53,220 nucleotides of DNA. Source: a virus. Below the pieces are notes generated by a model. The model searched no databases, was not told where the DNA came from, and worked only from the letters and a program-made list of their open reading frames with translations. Shown one piece after another: positions 52,097-53,220 of this stretch (position 1 is the stretch's first letter; the number at the start of each line of letters is the position of its first letter). A program made the translations under genes and the position numbers. The stretch lies in IMG/VR virus record IMGVR_UViG_3300045988_099701, positions 1-53,220 of that record; one strand, given 5' to 3'.

Positions 52097-52206
52097 AGCA
52101 CGATGCAATATGAACGAAGTAATTCAATCGACTGACCGCTTGACGGCACTACTCGAGGAGCAGGCCGCCTGCATTGAGCGGATCATGGCAATACTGGACA
52201 AATAAT

Positions 52207-52494
52207 ATGAATATGAATACTGCAAATCAGCGCGCTATAAAGTTGCCGTTCCAAGAATATGTTTCTACACTTGGGAAGACTCGCAAAAGTAAGTTGTGGG
52301 CAGAAATTCGGCTTGTGACAGGAAAGGACAAGACAACAATATGGCGCTGGGCGCACGGACGCACCCGTCCTGACAAGTCAGACAGGGATAACATAGCATT
52401 CTGTGTATATAAATTCTCTGAAAATAGGTTACCCGGCGACGCATTATTCCCAGAAGATTATCCATACAAAGGTACCCATGCAAAGGTTAAATAA
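52207..52494 (+). CDS. putative Cro/HTH-like early regulator (95 aa)
   Basis: ATG 52207 in track ORF 52174..52494; TLGKTRKSKLWAEIRLVTGKDKTTIWRWAHG resembles an HTH. Confidence 0.45.
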   Translation: MNMNTANQRAIKLPFQEYVSTLGKTRKSKLWAEIRLVTGKDKTTIWRWAHGRTRPDKSDRDNIAFCVYKFSENRLPGDALFPEDYPYKGTHAKVK

Positions 52495-53029
52495 CGTAGA
52501 GTTTTTTAACTCACCCGAAGGAGAGGTGCAGATCCGCGATGAAAAGGGAGTGCGCACCTACATGGAAGAAGATAAAGAGCTTACGGATGCTTTGTTCTCG
52601 GTTATTGAACTGGATTACCCCAAGGCATTCAAGGCGTTGTCGGAGATTTACAACAAGAGCAAAGCGAACGCCCCTTACTTCAAATACAGGTGTGCCCACC
52701 GATTCATCCGCTGCAACTTCGGGATGTATGATAAAATACCCGATATGGACGAGTTCGGCCGGTTCAACGTCGAGAATGTTGCTTGTCCGCTGGTGGGGGA
52801 GTGCAAATACTATAAAGTAATCTGTAACCCAGAGTTTAATACTAACCTGACAATGCGGGAGAAAGAGATTGTCCGCCTCTATAAAGAGGGATATAAGACT
52901 GAACGGATTGCCGAAATACTGTCACTCTCCCAGTTGACGGTCGAAACACACAAACGAAACGCTATGCGTCGCACAGGGTCGACAACGCTTGCCGAACTCG
53001 TGATATGGGCTAACAACCACGGACTTTAA
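52478..53029 (+). CDS. LuxR/GerE-type HTH transcription regulator with Cys-rich N-domain
   Basis: C-terminal LTMREKEIVRLYKEGYKTERIAEILSLSQLTVETHKRNAMRRTG is a GerE HTH; ATG 52478 in track ORF 52403..53029. Confidence 0.7.
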   Translation: MQRLNNVEFFNSPEGEVQIRDEKGVRTYMEEDKELTDALFSVIELDYPKAFKALSEIYNKSKANAPYFKYRCAHRFIRCNFGMYDKIPDMDEFGRFNVENVACPLVGECKYYKVICNPEFNTNLTMREKEIVRLYKEGYKTERIAEILSLSQLTVETHKRNAMRRTGSTTLAELVIWANNHGL

Positions 53030-53047
53030 ACACAAAACATACCCACC

Positions 53048-53220
53048 ATGAAAACACTTTATCTCTGGGTTTCAGACAAAGGCTGGACACCCTTTCAGTA
53101 CAATGAACTTTCTGAATTAGCCGCCGAATTTGAGGCGCGCAATATCAAACTGGGCTACGGGTGCGAACTGGGCGACGGGTGCAAACTGGGCGACGGGTGC
53201 GAACTGGGCAACAGGTGCGA
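53048..53220 (+). CDS. hexapeptide-repeat protein, 5' part (continues at 3..374)
   Basis: ATG 53048; [57 protein letters not shown]..., open to the window end. Confidence 0.75.
   Translation, partial: MKTLYLWVSDKGWTPFQYNELSELAAEFEARNIKLGYGCELGDGCKLGDGCELGNRC
53150..53220 (+). repeat. start of the 18-bp tandem array; 53166..53220 duplicates 1..55
   Basis: Units begin at 53150, 53168, 53186 and 53204. Confidence 0.95.

Noticed and set aside
51704-52108. 134-aa minus-strand ORF
   Set aside because: It runs across the divergent promoter region and antisense to the first early gene, and its start lies inside the early operon. The XRE repressor at 51362..51688 is the credible leftward gene.

Overview
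The window is one complete phage genome. The first 55 nt equal the last 55 nt, so the unique length is 53165 bp and the molecule is circular or terminally redundant. It looks like a siphovirus-type dsDNA phage of a Bacteroidota host. The host call is inferred from TTTG-N19-21-TAnnTTTG promoters, many lipoprotein accessory genes (morons) and Bacteroides-type HTH families.

Layout:
- A rightward early/replication block runs from about 51854, through the contig junction, to about 16930 on the + strand. It carries Cro-like and LuxR-type regulators, a hexapeptide-repeat protein, two RNA loci (an atypical tRNA-like gene and tRNA-Gln, each followed by unexplained structured non-coding sequence), a Dam-like and a Dcm methyltransferase, Erf, SSB, NinG, a replication protein, a radical SAM protein, YopX, ASCH and many small ORFs.
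- A leftward late block runs from 48614 down to 17538 on the - strand: terS, terL, portal, scaffold, capsid, neck, tail, tape measure, tail hub and fibres, holin, endolysin and a spanin-like gene.
- Two XRE-type repressor modules lie at 50.5-51.7 kb.
- Two AT-rich moron islands lie at 29.2-34.4 kb (inside the tail module) and 48.7-50.3 kb.

Most interesting observations:
1. An invariant 18-mer sits inside three late promoters.
2. A 111-nt tRNA-like gene has an extended anticodon arm and is followed by about 420 nt of structured non-coding DNA.
3. A 254-bp MITE-like element has 19-bp inverted ends and a 14-bp flanking duplication.
4. Two moron genes have an intrinsic terminator between promoter and ORF, and one lipoprotein gene has a G9 tract in its promoter spacer.
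5. Early-region genes show decay or recoding signs: an in-frame TAG, an in-frame TAA, a 1-nt frameshift and a 20-codon PP-loop remnant. A dcm cassette is flanked by 11-bp direct repeats.
6. In-frame tandem repeats are abundant (18, 9 and 45 bp).

I found no integrase, CRISPR array or reverse transcriptase. All protein family calls come from reading the translations by eye; no BLAST or HMM search was possible.
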